Of a stretch of DNA of 64,000 bases, positions 52,401 through 62,667 are shown one piece after another. The notes beneath the pieces are model-generated. The model ran no database searches, had not been told where the DNA came from, and worked only from the letters and a program-made list of their open reading frames with translations. The position numbers and the translations under genes were made by a program. Each line of letters begins with the position of its first letter. Within the stretch, counting starts at the first letter, position 1. Source of the DNA: an uncultured Gemmatimonadota bacterium (GTDB lineage: Bacteria; SM23-81; DAOVCL01); the NCBI GenBank assembly GCA_964626665.1, contig CAZVGK010000015.1:9443-73442 (forward strand), given 5' to 3'.

Positions 52401-53756
52401 ATGAAAGAACTGCCTAAACCAGCCCAAATCTATATCTCCGGGATAATACTAATTGGCCTTGCCTATCTCGGCTACTTTTCCCAAAAGATGGTCCTCCCCC
52501 AGTGGTGGGAACTTCTCTTTTGGGCAGCACTTATTATTTTAACTAAACTCCAGTCCATCCCACTGCCGAGAGGAGGGGCCACGATGACCGTGTCATCAGC
52601 TCTCTACTTTGCCCTCATTCCCCTTTATGGTCCCGTTGTCACCGCCTGGTTGGCAATTCCTGGCGATGTAGTTTTGAATGGTATAATAAAGAGGAAACCC
52701 CTTTATAGGGTTGAATTCAACGCCCTGCAACTCGTCATCTCCATCGGCCTAGCTGGATTGATCTACCAACATCTTGGGGGTCAATTTATGCCCACCAACT
52801 ACAGCAGAATCATTTTACCATTCACTTTTTCCGCCATAACCTTCTTTCTGGCAAATACCGTTTTAGTGAGCATAGCTATCCACCTAATGGAGAAGATATC
52901 AACCTTGCGGATATGGTGGGTGAATTACAGTTGGACATCTGTGGACCTTTTAGCCCTTGGCCCTCTGGGTTTCCTTTTGACCCTGGTCTACATCCAAATT
53001 GGTCCCTGGGCAGTTTTCATCTGTATTGCCCCCATAATTCTGGCCCGATACTCCTTCAAGCTCTATACGGATCTTCGCCAATCTTATATCAACTCCATTA
53101 CCGCTTTATCTGCCGCCTTAGATGCCAGCGATCCCTATACCCACGGTCACTCCAACCGAGTGGCGGAGAACGCCGAGAAGGTAGCCAGGCAGATGGGGCT
53201 TTCCGAGGGGAAGATCGAAAGGGTAAAATTTGCGGGACAGTTGCATGACATCGGAAAGATAGGCCTTGATGTTAATATCCTTAATAAACCTGGCTCTTTA
53301 AATAACCAAGACTGGGAGGAGATGAAAAAGCATCCGGCCAAAGGTGCTGAGATAGTGAAGGGACTTAAGCCACCCATTTATGACATAGTTATGGCTCATC
53401 AGGAACATTATAATGGAGCAGGCTACCCGGCAAAACTAAAGGAAGACCATATACCTATAGAGGCTCGTATAATCCATGTCTGCGATGCTTTTGAGGCGAT
53501 GACCTCTGACCGACCTTACCGTTTTGCCCTTCCCCTTAGCCAAGCCGTCGACGAGTTGAGAAGGGAATCGGGAAAGCAATTTGACCCTAAGGTAGTGGAG
53601 GCCTTTCTCAAGTTAATGGAGAAGAGCGAGCTGATAATCGAGAGTGAGCGTAAACACAAGTTTACCGAGATAAAGAAAGGCCTCAGTAAAGACCTCATAG
53701 TCCTTAACGAAGCTTCACCTTCCCGGCCACAGGACGGCCAGACCACCCTGGAATGA
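52401..53756 (+). CDS. Membrane-bound HD-GYP phosphodiesterase
   Basis: Multi-TM N-terminus; DPYTHGHS, LHDIGK, HQEHYNGAGYP, DAFEAMTSDRPY. Confidence 0.92.
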   Translation: MKELPKPAQIYISGIILIGLAYLGYFSQKMVLPQWWELLFWAALIILTKLQSIPLPRGGATMTVSSALYFALIPLYGPVVTAWLAIPGDVVLNGIIKRKPLYRVEFNALQLVISIGLAGLIYQHLGGQFMPTNYSRIILPFTFSAITFFLANTVLVSIAIHLMEKISTLRIWWVNYSWTSVDLLALGPLGFLLTLVYIQIGPWAVFICIAPIILARYSFKLYTDLRQSYINSITALSAALDASDPYTHGHSNRVAENAEKVARQMGLSEGKIERVKFAGQLHDIGKIGLDVNILNKPGSLNNQDWEEMKKHPAKGAEIVKGLKPPIYDIVMAHQEHYNGAGYPAKLKEDHIPIEARIIHVCDAFEAMTSDRPYRFALPLSQAVDELRRESGKQFDPKVVEAFLKLMEKSELIIESERKHKFTEIKKGLSKDLIVLNEASPSRPQDGQTTLE

Positions 53757-54147
53757 GGTGGCAGAAGCACTCTCCCGGTGCTGGTAGGGCTCCTGCCCTG
53801 ACGGAAGATAGAATCTTCTACCCGACTTTAGTCGGGGTCTTTAGGGCTTAAGCCCTTTGGAATGCTGTGACTCCTGTCACAGCATCTGTCAACAGGAGTT
53901 ACCACACTCCATAATAACCCGCACTAAAGTGCGGTAGAATCTACGTCTGTCTGCGTGAACCTGCGATTTCTACCCGGTTTAGCCGAGGGTTTCCTCACCA
54001 CGGATAACCACGGAATCACATAGAAAGATAGGGATCGGGGGTCAAGAATAACCGGCATAAACCCCATTTTTAATTCTCAATTCTCAATTCTCAATTGCCT
54101 TCGCATTGTTACCCTGCAAAAAAAATTCTGAGAAGATCAAAAAAAGC

Positions 54148-54176
54148 TTGACAGGAAGTGATTTTAGCCTTATATT
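54148..54176 (+). promoter_or_regulatory. Sigma70 promoter for the small secreted protein / activator pair
   Basis: TTGACA-17-TATATT. Confidence 0.6.
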
Positions 54177-54398
54177 TACACTTGAAATTTGAAATAGCCC
54201 ACAAAGTTGCGGGTTTTTTGTGCTGGTAGGGCTTTTGCCCTGACGAACAAGGCTTTTTGTGGGATGGGGAGAAACTCTAATCGAGGTTGAGGTAGCAGAA
54301 CAGGGTTCTGCCACTTCGGTTGTTGCAACCAATAGTTTTTTATTCTTAATTCTACATTCTTCATTTTACATTCAAAATTCACTGTGAGGTGAGATAAG

Positions 54399-54725
54399 AT
54401 GAATAGAAAAATATGGGTTGGTTTGCTGGTCTTGGCCTTTATGCTCGGTTCTGTGAGTGGCTTCTGGTCAAAGCCAGTGGTGGCTAATACAGGTTCAGAA
54501 CGCAGGGTTATGCTCTGCGCCGCTGAGCCGTGGCATAACGATTTATATCAATCAGGCAACCCTACTCCTCCTGATACTTCAGGATTGAGCACCACTGAAA
54601 ATCAGGTCAAGCTGCAAAATGCCCAGCAGAGTTCTCCCCCTAACAAGACTGATTCCAGAGCCAGGAACCTTTTCTACCGCATCCTTCATACTCTCTGGGG
54701 AGTAATCTTCCTTGAATCCTTCTGA
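54399..54725 (+). CDS. Small secreted protein, candidate signalling-peptide precursor
   Basis: GAGGTG RBS; signal peptide ending PVVA; AAEPWHND; low-complexity linker; amphipathic C-terminal helix. Confidence 0.8.
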   Translation: MNRKIWVGLLVLAFMLGSVSGFWSKPVVANTGSERRVMLCAAEPWHNDLYQSGNPTPPDTSGLSTTENQVKLQNAQQSSPPNKTDSRARNLFYRILHTLWGVIFLESF

Positions 54726-54737
54726 GAGGAGCCCAAG

Positions 54738-57737
54738 ATGAAAGCCAAAAGTCACGGTTCCAAGGAAATGCTGAAGCCAGCCGATGAGCTCTTCCAGGGG
54801 GGCGAGATTGTTCGGGCATTGGAAGGCTATCAGAGGGTAAGGGAGGAATATGGCTCATCAGTGGATTCCACCACTTTGAATCTACTGAGGAGGAAGGAGC
54901 TTGAGTGTCTGTATAGGTTGGGTAGGTATGAGGAATCTCTGGAGTCCATAGAGGAGTTAAGATCTGGCTATGAGTCAGAGGGGGACAAAAGGCAGTTAGG
55001 CTGGTTGCTTTTTGTGGAAGCATTTTGTCTCCTGCAACTATCCAGGTTAGAAGAAGGGAAAAAGGCGGGTGAGGAAGCAAGGGCACTGCTGGAGAATACA
55101 GCCTACAACTTGGAATATGGTCTTGCCTTGAAAACTTTAGCCAACATCCACATAGGCTTGGGTGATTTAAAGGAAGCCAAGAGGTTATTGATGCATAGCC
55201 TCTCCGCCTTTAGTAGGGTTTCTCCTTTGCCTGAGAGGAAAGTCGTCAGCGCACAGAACCTTCTGGGTCAGGTATGTTTTATGAGGGGTGAGACCAAGGA
55301 GGCGTTGGCGCATCTTAACGAGGCTCTGGGGCTTTGTAGGGAGGGGGGCAGCAAAGCCCAAGAAGCGATGGTCAAGGGCAACCTCGGAACTGTGCATCGT
55401 CGCGCTGCTGTAGATTGGCCACTTGCCTCTAAGCTGTTGAGGTCGAGCCTGAAACTCTATGAAGAGTTGGGTAATGACTTAGAGATTTCCAGGGGAGCCA
55501 CCGCCCTGGCGAGGCTTTACATCCTCCAGAGGAGATGGGACGGAGTGTCTGAACTCTTAAATCGGGCCAAGAGATTAGCCGAAGAGGGTGATTATCAGAG
55601 GGAGCAGGCGATGGTTGAGGAGACAAGGGGCTGGCTGGAGATAGCCCTGGCTCAGCGGGAGGGCGGCTCCCATCTGAAACTTGCTGAAGAGGCTCTGCTC
55701 AAGGCCCTGCAGATTGGCTACCGGATAGCCCCAGAGGGTGATGTGGTGATGGAGGCAAGTGAGAGGTTAGGCTGGGTCTGTCTTATGCGGGGGAGTCTGG
55801 ATGGTGCTTTAAGCTATGGGGAGAGAAGCCTGAGGCTTGCCCGGCGGGTAGGCTCTGTTTATGACGAGGGCTTGGCCCACAGGCTCTTAGGAGCAATATA
55901 TGAGGCCAAAGAGGAGAGAGGAAAGGCAAGAGATCATTTTGCCCGGAGCATCTCCCTCTTGGAGAAGGCAGAGGCCCAATATGACCTAGCCGTCAGTCTC
56001 CTTTATAGTGGCAAGGTTTTGGTTGAGGATGGGGGGACTCGTTCAGAGGGATTTGGACAGATACTTCAGGCCAGGAAAATATTTGAGACCCTCAAGGTCA
56101 GCTACTGGTTGGGGAGAAGCTGGATAGAGGAGGCCAGGGGAAAGGTTCAGGGGAGGGATTTTGACAAGGCATCCCAATGCCTGGCCACTGCTAAGGAGGT
56201 TCTGAAGGGTTCAGGGGAGAAGGAGGCACTGAAGGAAATTGTCGGGGTGAGGGCTGAATTGGATGGGATTGCGGCTAAAGTTTCCCTCAGCGTAAAGGAG
56301 GAGATTAACCTCTTGGAGGAACTCAGTCAGCCCTCCAATAGTCTTGATAGCCTGTTGAAGGCCTTGATGAAGAAAAGCTCTGCGGAGAGGGCCATTATTG
56401 GTGTGCGGGGATCTGTTGGTGGGTTTGAACTCAAGGCATATCGGGCAATAGATGAAGCCAAAGCCAGGAATCTCTTAGACAAGATAGGTTCTCTGAATGG
56501 GGATCTGCTTAGACCCCGGATACCTATCTTCTCCAGCTTGGTCCCGGAGGATTCAAGGCTCATCTCTTTGAAAGGGGAGGAGATGGGCTCTCTGATGATG
56601 GTTCCCTTGGGGATGGATGAGGAACTTGACGGCCTGCTTTATGTTGACCGGCTCTCTAATAAGCCTTTTCAGCAGAAGGACTTGAATTTCTTCGTTCTCT
56701 CAGCGGGACTTATCCAGCTTAAGGTAGCAGAGCTACAAAAGGAAGAACTGAAGAAGGAGGTAAAGAGTCTAAGGGAGAGGTTGGAGGAGAAGTATGGCTT
56801 TGGGAACATAGTCACCCTCAACCCTAAGATGGAGCAGGCTCTAAGAACCGCCCAAAGCTTCAGGGATTCCGATCTTCCCATTCTCATCCAGGGGGAGACG
56901 GGGACCGGGAAGGAGCTTATGGCCAGGGCCATTCACTATAGCAGCCAGAGGAGGGGCAAGAGCTTTGTGCCGGTAGACTGTGCTGCCTTCACCGATACCC
57001 TCTTGGAGAGCGAGCTCTTTGGCCACAAGAAGGGTTCCTTCACCAATGCCATAACCGATGAGAAGGGTCTCTTTGAGGAGGCTCAGGGAGGGACTCTCTT
57101 CCTGGATGAGGTGTTCAATGCCAGTGAAGAGTTGCAGGCCAAGCTTCTCAGGGTATTAGAGGAGATGGAGGTAAGGAAGATAGGGGAGACAAAGGCCCGG
57201 AAGGTGGAGGTGAGCATAATCTCGGCCACCAACAAGAACTTGGAGAGGATGGTAAAAGCTGGTAAGTTCCGCAAGGATCTCTACTACAGGCTAACAGGGG
57301 TAGAGATAAAGCTTCCCCCCCTAAGGGAGAGGAAGGAGGATATCCCGCCGCTCGTCTATCATTTCCTGGGACTTTCCGCTCAGAGAAGGAAAGATGAGGT
57401 AAAGGGAGTAACCCAGGAGGCGATGGATCTTCTCACTGCCTATGATTGGCCGGGGAATGTGAGGGAACTGAAAAACGAGGTAGAGAGAGTAGCTATCCTG
57501 GCCGAAGGTGGCTGGATCACCCCAGCGGTATTGTCAGAGGGGATAAGGGCAGGAGAGTTGGATGAACAGGATCTTTCACTAAACCTTGAGGTAAAGGGAA
57601 CGTTAAAGGAGACGGAAAAGAGGATCATTCAAGAGGCGATAAGGAAAGCGGGGGGTTCGAAATATCAGGCTTTAAAGCTATTGGGGATGAGTAAAAGCAC
57701 ATTATATCGCAAGGTCAAGGAGTATAGGATAGATTAG
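54738..57737 (+). CDS. TPR-GAF-AAA+-Fis sigma54-dependent activator
   Basis: About 500 aa of TPRs, GAF-like segment, GETGTGKE, ESELFGHKKGSFTNA, LFLDE, WPGNVRELKN, C-terminal HTH. Confidence 0.93.
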   Translation: MKAKSHGSKEMLKPADELFQGGEIVRALEGYQRVREEYGSSVDSTTLNLLRRKELECLYRLGRYEESLESIEELRSGYESEGDKRQLGWLLFVEAFCLLQLSRLEEGKKAGEEARALLENTAYNLEYGLALKTLANIHIGLGDLKEAKRLLMHSLSAFSRVSPLPERKVVSAQNLLGQVCFMRGETKEALAHLNEALGLCREGGSKAQEAMVKGNLGTVHRRAAVDWPLASKLLRSSLKLYEELGNDLEISRGATALARLYILQRRWDGVSELLNRAKRLAEEGDYQREQAMVEETRGWLEIALAQREGGSHLKLAEEALLKALQIGYRIAPEGDVVMEASERLGWVCLMRGSLDGALSYGERSLRLARRVGSVYDEGLAHRLLGAIYEAKEERGKARDHFARSISLLEKAEAQYDLAVSLLYSGKVLVEDGGTRSEGFGQILQARKIFETLKVSYWLGRSWIEEARGKVQGRDFDKASQCLATAKEVLKGSGEKEALKEIVGVRAELDGIAAKVSLSVKEEINLLEELSQPSNSLDSLLKALMKKSSAERAIIGVRGSVGGFELKAYRAIDEAKARNLLDKIGSLNGDLLRPRIPIFSSLVPEDSRLISLKGEEMGSLMMVPLGMDEELDGLLYVDRLSNKPFQQKDLNFFVLSAGLIQLKVAELQKEELKKEVKSLRERLEEKYGFGNIVTLNPKMEQALRTAQSFRDSDLPILIQGETGTGKELMARAIHYSSQRRGKSFVPVDCAAFTDTLLESELFGHKKGSFTNAITDEKGLFEEAQGGTLFLDEVFNASEELQAKLLRVLEEMEVRKIGETKARKVEVSIISATNKNLERMVKAGKFRKDLYYRLTGVEIKLPPLRERKEDIPPLVYHFLGLSAQRRKDEVKGVTQEAMDLLTAYDWPGNVRELKNEVERVAILAEGGWITPAVLSEGIRAGELDEQDLSLNLEVKGTLKETEKRIIQEAIRKAGGSKYQALKLLGMSKSTLYRKVKEYRID

Positions 57738-57738
57738 G

Positions 57739-57945
57739 TTCCTATTTTTGGGAATAGCCCCATTTTTGGGAATTTGATTTATCTTCTTATTTCAAAGCGA
57801 GTTTCGGACTTAAGGAGTCCCATTACTGGGACTCTTTTTTATTGTTTAGGCAGAGCTCTAATAAATGTATTCCGTAACTTCTTGATTTCAAACGGTTTAA
57901 TGGACAGACATTTGTGGCACGCTTTTCGCAGGCATAAATTATGCA
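57739..57945 (+). promoter_or_regulatory. Sigma54 promoter region: three palindromic UAS-like sites, IHF site, tandem -24/-12 boxes
   Basis: YCCYA-N4-TGGGA at 57739-54, 57757-72 and 57817-32; AATCAAGAAGTTA (minus strand, 57875-87); TGGCACGCTTTTCGCA 57915-30 and AGGCATAAATTATGCA 57930-45. Confidence 0.7.
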
Positions 57946-58588
57946 GGCTGAGGGTTTGGCCTTCCCCATCGGAAGGTTTTTCCTTCTCCTACGCCTGTTT
58001 ACTTTCCTCCAAAAGGGCAGGTGGGACAGGGCGAAAGTCCTGTCCTACCTGGGTGAGGGAATAAAAAAAGGTGGCAGAACCCCATTTTGCCAAAGAAGGG
58101 AGAGTTTTATTTCCTTAGCGCTCTTAGCGTCTCTGCGGTAAGTTATTAACCGCAAAGTCGCAAAGGACGCAAAGCTCACCAAGCCAAAGGCAAAAATGGG
58201 AAATTGGAAAATAAGAACATGGAAGTTGAAAAGAGCTGATAGCTGACTGCTGGAAACCGACCCCTGAGAACTGTTATATTAGGATTCGTGCCATTCGTTC
58301 ATTCGTGGTATTCGCGTTTAGGGCCTTTTCATTTTCAATTCTACATTCTTAATTCTCAATTGAATTCCCTTGGTGGGTGAGTAAGCTTCCGTATTTCTCC
58401 CGTGGCTTTGTGCGGGGGCAGAAAGCCCACCTGAGAAAAACCTTCACTTTAAGCAGAAAATTCAGATACGAGCCAAATTCAAAGTGTCTACGCTCCTTGT
58501 GGATGTTATCATCCACAAAAATTTCTTCCGTCAGGGCAGAGGACCCTATCACCTATAACCTATCACCTCTTTGGGAGGAGTTTGCCTT

Positions 58589-58750
58589 ATGGAATCTGAT
58601 GATGGTAAAAAACCGAGGCCAAAAATGAGCCTGGAACTTGACCAGGAGGAGCCACCGAAGAAGAAGGGATTGTGGCAAAAGCTCATCGAGGTGGCCGAAA
58701 GGCTTACCAGGGAGGAAGAGGGAAGAAACAGGGATCCGAGTGACTGGTAA
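58589..58750 (+). CDS. Small charged hypothetical protein (53 aa), not in the ORF track
   Basis: GGGAGGAG RBS; MESDDGKKPRPKMSLELDQEEPPKKKGLWQKLIEVAERLTREEEGRNRDPSDW*. Confidence 0.55.
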   Translation: MESDDGKKPRPKMSLELDQEEPPKKKGLWQKLIEVAERLTREEEGRNRDPSDW

Positions 58751-58944
58751 AGGGAATCTGCTATAAACTCCTTGACCTGGGAGATTGTGGGGAGTATAAA
58801 TTTGTGAGGCACACCTTACCAAGGGGGTGCAATTATGGAACAGATAAGATTTTTGGCGTTAGTGTTTGTATGGGGCATAGGTGAACAAAGCCACATACAG
58901 CAGTTTTACTCCAAGATAAATTTAGTTGAAACAAGGAGGAAGAA

Positions 58945-61128
58945 ATGCGTAAGATCAGTATAGGATTTATATTCTTGGCAATTATTTTGGCCCTGGCCGC
59001 TATTCCCCTATATGCCTCAGGTGCGGGGGACTACAAACTTGGGTTGACCTCGGTAAATCATGGAGAGGCCGAGCTTGTTGAAGATTCGGGTTTAAGGCAT
59101 CACATAGTATCAATTAAGGATATGGTTATTGATACGATGACCTGGACCAATGGCATCCCCTTTGCTGATTTGAGCCAATATTTGACCCCTTATGATAGCA
59201 CGGTAAATTGGTTTAAGCCTCTTGCCCCCTGTTCCCTGTATGAAATTGGAGGTATGTTTGCCAGCTCAGGGACTGCAAAGCTATTTGTCTGCAAATATGG
59301 ATACTCCTCCAGTGATTTCTCCTTCCCCTGGCCAGTAACCGATAATGAGTTGCCCCAGGAGATTCTTTGGACCGTTTCTGGAACAGGTGGTTGGGAAGAG
59401 AAGGATTTTAGGGAATATCCTTCAGATCAAGGATTCATCTTACAATTCCCAGGGGATAGCCTCTTCGCGGTAGGTTTTGGGTCTGACAGTGAGGCAGGGC
59501 CTCACATCTTTTATGACGATTATAGCCTGCACCCTGTGATCTATCCTGATGAGAATGGTGTATATCACTGTACTTCCCATTGGGGATTTACTTGGGGGCA
59601 CGACGGGAGTTGGGGCCCTCGCATTTTTTATCAGCGGCCCCCCAATCCTATGCCGATTTGGTGTCCTGAGCTTAATATGAGGGCAATTGTGAACTATTAT
59701 GAGGGTGTTCCTCCCTTCTTACAGGTTCTGAGGCAGAGGAGCAATACCTGGTTGAGGGAGAACATCAAGATAACTGCCTTGATGTTCGATTTTGATGGTT
59801 GGATCGCTGAGGCTACCTTGCATTATACCATGAGTGGTTCGGGAGATACAGCGGAAGTCCCTATGGTGCTATCCAAGGAAAAGAAAGGTAGCTACACCAC
59901 AGCTACCGGTTATCTTCCTGGTCCATTCTCTGTCGGTGATACGATAATCTACTGGTGCACCTGTGTGGACAACGATGGCAATTCTAACAGATCGCCATGG
60001 TCGGGGGAGGAAGTTAGATCTTTTATCATCAAGGAGCCGCAGAATCCAGGGGCAGGGATACTCCTGGTAGGAGATGGGAATGTTAGTAAGCAGAGGGCAG
60101 GGTATTATGAAGATTTGCTGGATAGGTTAGGCTACTCCTATGAGCCCACCTGGTTTACCGAGGAGAATTATGGGATAGACAGCTCGGTTGTCCTCCACAC
60201 CTATGAGGGAAAGGCATGGGATGCTATAATCTGGTTTGGCTGGGGATGTGGATACCTGCCTCAGCCGGATGGTTTGGAGGTTGATCATCCGCTCATCAGG
60301 TATCTGGATGGTGGAGGGAAGCTTTTTCTGGCTGATCAGGACTATTTCTGGAGGAAAGGTATAGAGACTGGGGTAGAGGTCAGTTTTGAGCCTGGGGGGT
60401 TTGCCTATGACTATCTGGGGGTTCAATCCTGTGTTAGCGATCCCAATATGCAGGATACTATCAGCCTTGGGGATACAACACTTTACGGTGTAGATGCAAG
60501 CGACCCTGTATCTGGCAGTTTCTATGATGATTCTGTGGAGCTACATTCAAGCTGTATAGGGGTTGCCAACTGGGCTGATTATACCCAGGCTACAAAAGAG
60601 GGAGTAGACATCTTCAAGGGAGGAGAAAGCGGAGAATACAGTGGCACCAGGTTAGGTGGTCCCAAAGGGTTTAAGACGGTCTTTCTACCCTGGTGTTTTG
60701 AAGCAATCGTTGACTGTGCGGATACAGGCACTCTCACCCCCCAGGCGGATACCCTGATGTGGAATATTCTCCATGATTGGTTTGAGCTGGAAGGTGTGCA
60801 GACAATTAGGCCTGGGTTTGTGCCTCGCTCTTTTTCTCTTTCCCAGAACTACCCCAATCCGTTCAATTCGACCACAGCTATCAGCTATCAGTTGTCAGTT
60901 GTCAGTTGTCAGCGGTCAGTTATCAGCTTAAAGGTTTACAACATCTTGGGAAAGGAGGTAAAAAAGCTGGTGGATAAACCACAGAAAGCAGGCTATTATG
61001 AGGTGACTTGGGACGGAAGGGATGATTCTGACAAGGAGGTGGCCAGTGGAGTATACTTTTGTAAGTTAAAGGTGCAAGGTGATAGGTCAAAGATAACAAA
61101 AGCAAGGAAGATGGTTTTGCTAAGGTAG
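58945..61128 (+). CDS. Secreted protein with FlgD/T9SS-type CTD
   Basis: Signal peptide; [10 protein letters not shown]...WDGRDDSDKEVASGVYF. Confidence 0.88.
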   Translation: MRKISIGFIFLAIILALAAIPLYASGAGDYKLGLTSVNHGEAELVEDSGLRHHIVSIKDMVIDTMTWTNGIPFADLSQYLTPYDSTVNWFKPLAPCSLYEIGGMFASSGTAKLFVCKYGYSSSDFSFPWPVTDNELPQEILWTVSGTGGWEEKDFREYPSDQGFILQFPGDSLFAVGFGSDSEAGPHIFYDDYSLHPVIYPDENGVYHCTSHWGFTWGHDGSWGPRIFYQRPPNPMPIWCPELNMRAIVNYYEGVPPFLQVLRQRSNTWLRENIKITALMFDFDGWIAEATLHYTMSGSGDTAEVPMVLSKEKKGSYTTATGYLPGPFSVGDTIIYWCTCVDNDGNSNRSPWSGEEVRSFIIKEPQNPGAGILLVGDGNVSKQRAGYYEDLLDRLGYSYEPTWFTEENYGIDSSVVLHTYEGKAWDAIIWFGWGCGYLPQPDGLEVDHPLIRYLDGGGKLFLADQDYFWRKGIETGVEVSFEPGGFAYDYLGVQSCVSDPNMQDTISLGDTTLYGVDASDPVSGSFYDDSVELHSSCIGVANWADYTQATKEGVDIFKGGESGEYSGTRLGGPKGFKTVFLPWCFEAIVDCADTGTLTPQADTLMWNILHDWFELEGVQTIRPGFVPRSFSLSQNYPNPFNSTTAISYQLSVVSCQRSVISLKVYNILGKEVKKLVDKPQKAGYYEVTWDGRDDSDKEVASGVYFCKLKVQGDRSKITKARKMVLLR

Positions 61129-61210
61129 CTTAAATTCAGAGAGGAGAAGAGAGCAATGACAGACAAGGATTGGTTGATGAATGTGGAAAATGAGACAAGG
61201 GGAGGTAAAG

Positions 61211-62641
61211 ATGCCTATTAGAAGAAAGCTTTTGAGGGAAATTGTTCTTGTGGTCTGTTTCTTTATCTTGATTTCCCAAAGTCTCCTCTTCGCCTGGACA
61301 ACGCCGGTGAATATCTCCAATACCACAGGACACTCAAGATTCGCTTCATTAGCCGTGGATAGATATGGTCATATTCATGTGGTTTGGGAGGATGATACTT
61401 CAGGGAACAACGAGGTTCTCTATTGCTTCTCTGGTGGAGAGGCCTGGCATCCCCCTGTCAATGTCTCCAACGACCCAACGGACTCGGAAAGATCGGACAT
61501 AACGGTGGATGCCCTGGGACAACTCCATGTGGCCTGGAAGGATCACCAGTCCGGGGAGATATACTGGACTTTTTACGATGGAACTTCCTGGTCTTCTCCG
61601 GTGAATATCTCCAACAATCCCGGTTACTCCACCTGCCCCAGTTTAGCGGCTGATGATTCAGGCAGGGTCTATATTGTTTGGCACGACATCGGGGGGGGGC
61701 AATCTGACATCTACTTCAGTAGCTACGATGGGACCTCCTGGTTAACACCGCAGAATGTCACCAATGATGCGCTGGACTCTGCCTATCCCGATATAATCGT
61801 TGACTCCAAGGGATATGTGCATTTGGTATGGATGAACTATGGTTTGGACATAGAGGCATATTACTCGAAATACGATGGGATATCCTGGTCAAGTTGGGTT
61901 AATGTCTCTAATCTTGAAGGATACTCCTGCGATCCAAAGATAGCCCTGGATTCTCAGGATCATCCTCATGTGGTCTGGGAGGAACGTGAGCACGGTTACG
62001 AGGTTTATTACACCTATTTCGATGGAGAGGATTGGACTGTTCCCTATAAACTTTCCCGGACAAATAGCTACCGTCCTGCGTTAGCGCTTGATTCTGAGGA
62101 CAGAGGCCATGTAGTATGGGGTGGAGCAAGTAATGAGATATACTACACCTTTAGGAGCGACACTTCCTGGTCTGTGCCTTTTGATATAGCGGATACGTCT
62201 GGGAGAAACTGCTTATGTCCAGATATAGCTATAGATTCAACCCATCTTCATGTAGTATGGACTAAAGCCATTGATCGGACTCGTGCTGAGATTTACTACA
62301 GCAGCCATAAGTTGAGTGGAATAGAGCCAGGGCGGTGGAGGCCATTTCCAAGGGGGTATAAGCTGGAACAGTGTTATCCCAATCCGTTTAATGCAAATAC
62401 AGCTATCAGCTATCAGTTGTCAGTTGTCAGCGGTCAGCGATCGGCAGTCAGCTTAAAGGTTTACAACATCTTGGGAAAGGAGGTGAGAACCTTAGTTGAC
62501 CAGGAGCAAAGGGGGGGAAGGCATCAAGTGATCTGGGATGGAGGAAACAATCAAGGAAAGGAGGTGGCCAGTGGAGTATATCTTTACCGGCTAAAGGCCG
62601 GCGAATTTACCGCAGCAAGGAAGATGGTTTTATTAAGGTAG
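61211..62641 (+). CDS. Secreted beta-propeller (BNR/sialidase-like repeats) protein with FlgD/T9SS-type CTD
   Basis: Repeated WSSPVNISN...P.LAVD..G..HVVW units; CYPNPFN CTD. Confidence 0.88.
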   Translation: MPIRRKLLREIVLVVCFFILISQSLLFAWTTPVNISNTTGHSRFASLAVDRYGHIHVVWEDDTSGNNEVLYCFSGGEAWHPPVNVSNDPTDSERSDITVDALGQLHVAWKDHQSGEIYWTFYDGTSWSSPVNISNNPGYSTCPSLAADDSGRVYIVWHDIGGGQSDIYFSSYDGTSWLTPQNVTNDALDSAYPDIIVDSKGYVHLVWMNYGLDIEAYYSKYDGISWSSWVNVSNLEGYSCDPKIALDSQDHPHVVWEEREHGYEVYYTYFDGEDWTVPYKLSRTNSYRPALALDSEDRGHVVWGGASNEIYYTFRSDTSWSVPFDIADTSGRNCLCPDIAIDSTHLHVVWTKAIDRTRAEIYYSSHKLSGIEPGRWRPFPRGYKLEQCYPNPFNANTAISYQLSVVSGQRSAVSLKVYNILGKEVRTLVDQEQRGGRHQVIWDGGNNQGKEVASGVYLYRLKAGEFTAARKMVLLR

Positions 62642-62667
62642 GTTAAGTTAAAGAGGAGGAAGGAACA

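Noticed and set aside
60845-62641. Diversity-generating retroelement TR/VR pair
   Set aside because: Both copies are coding CTDs, differences are not adenine-specific, and there is no reverse transcriptase in the window
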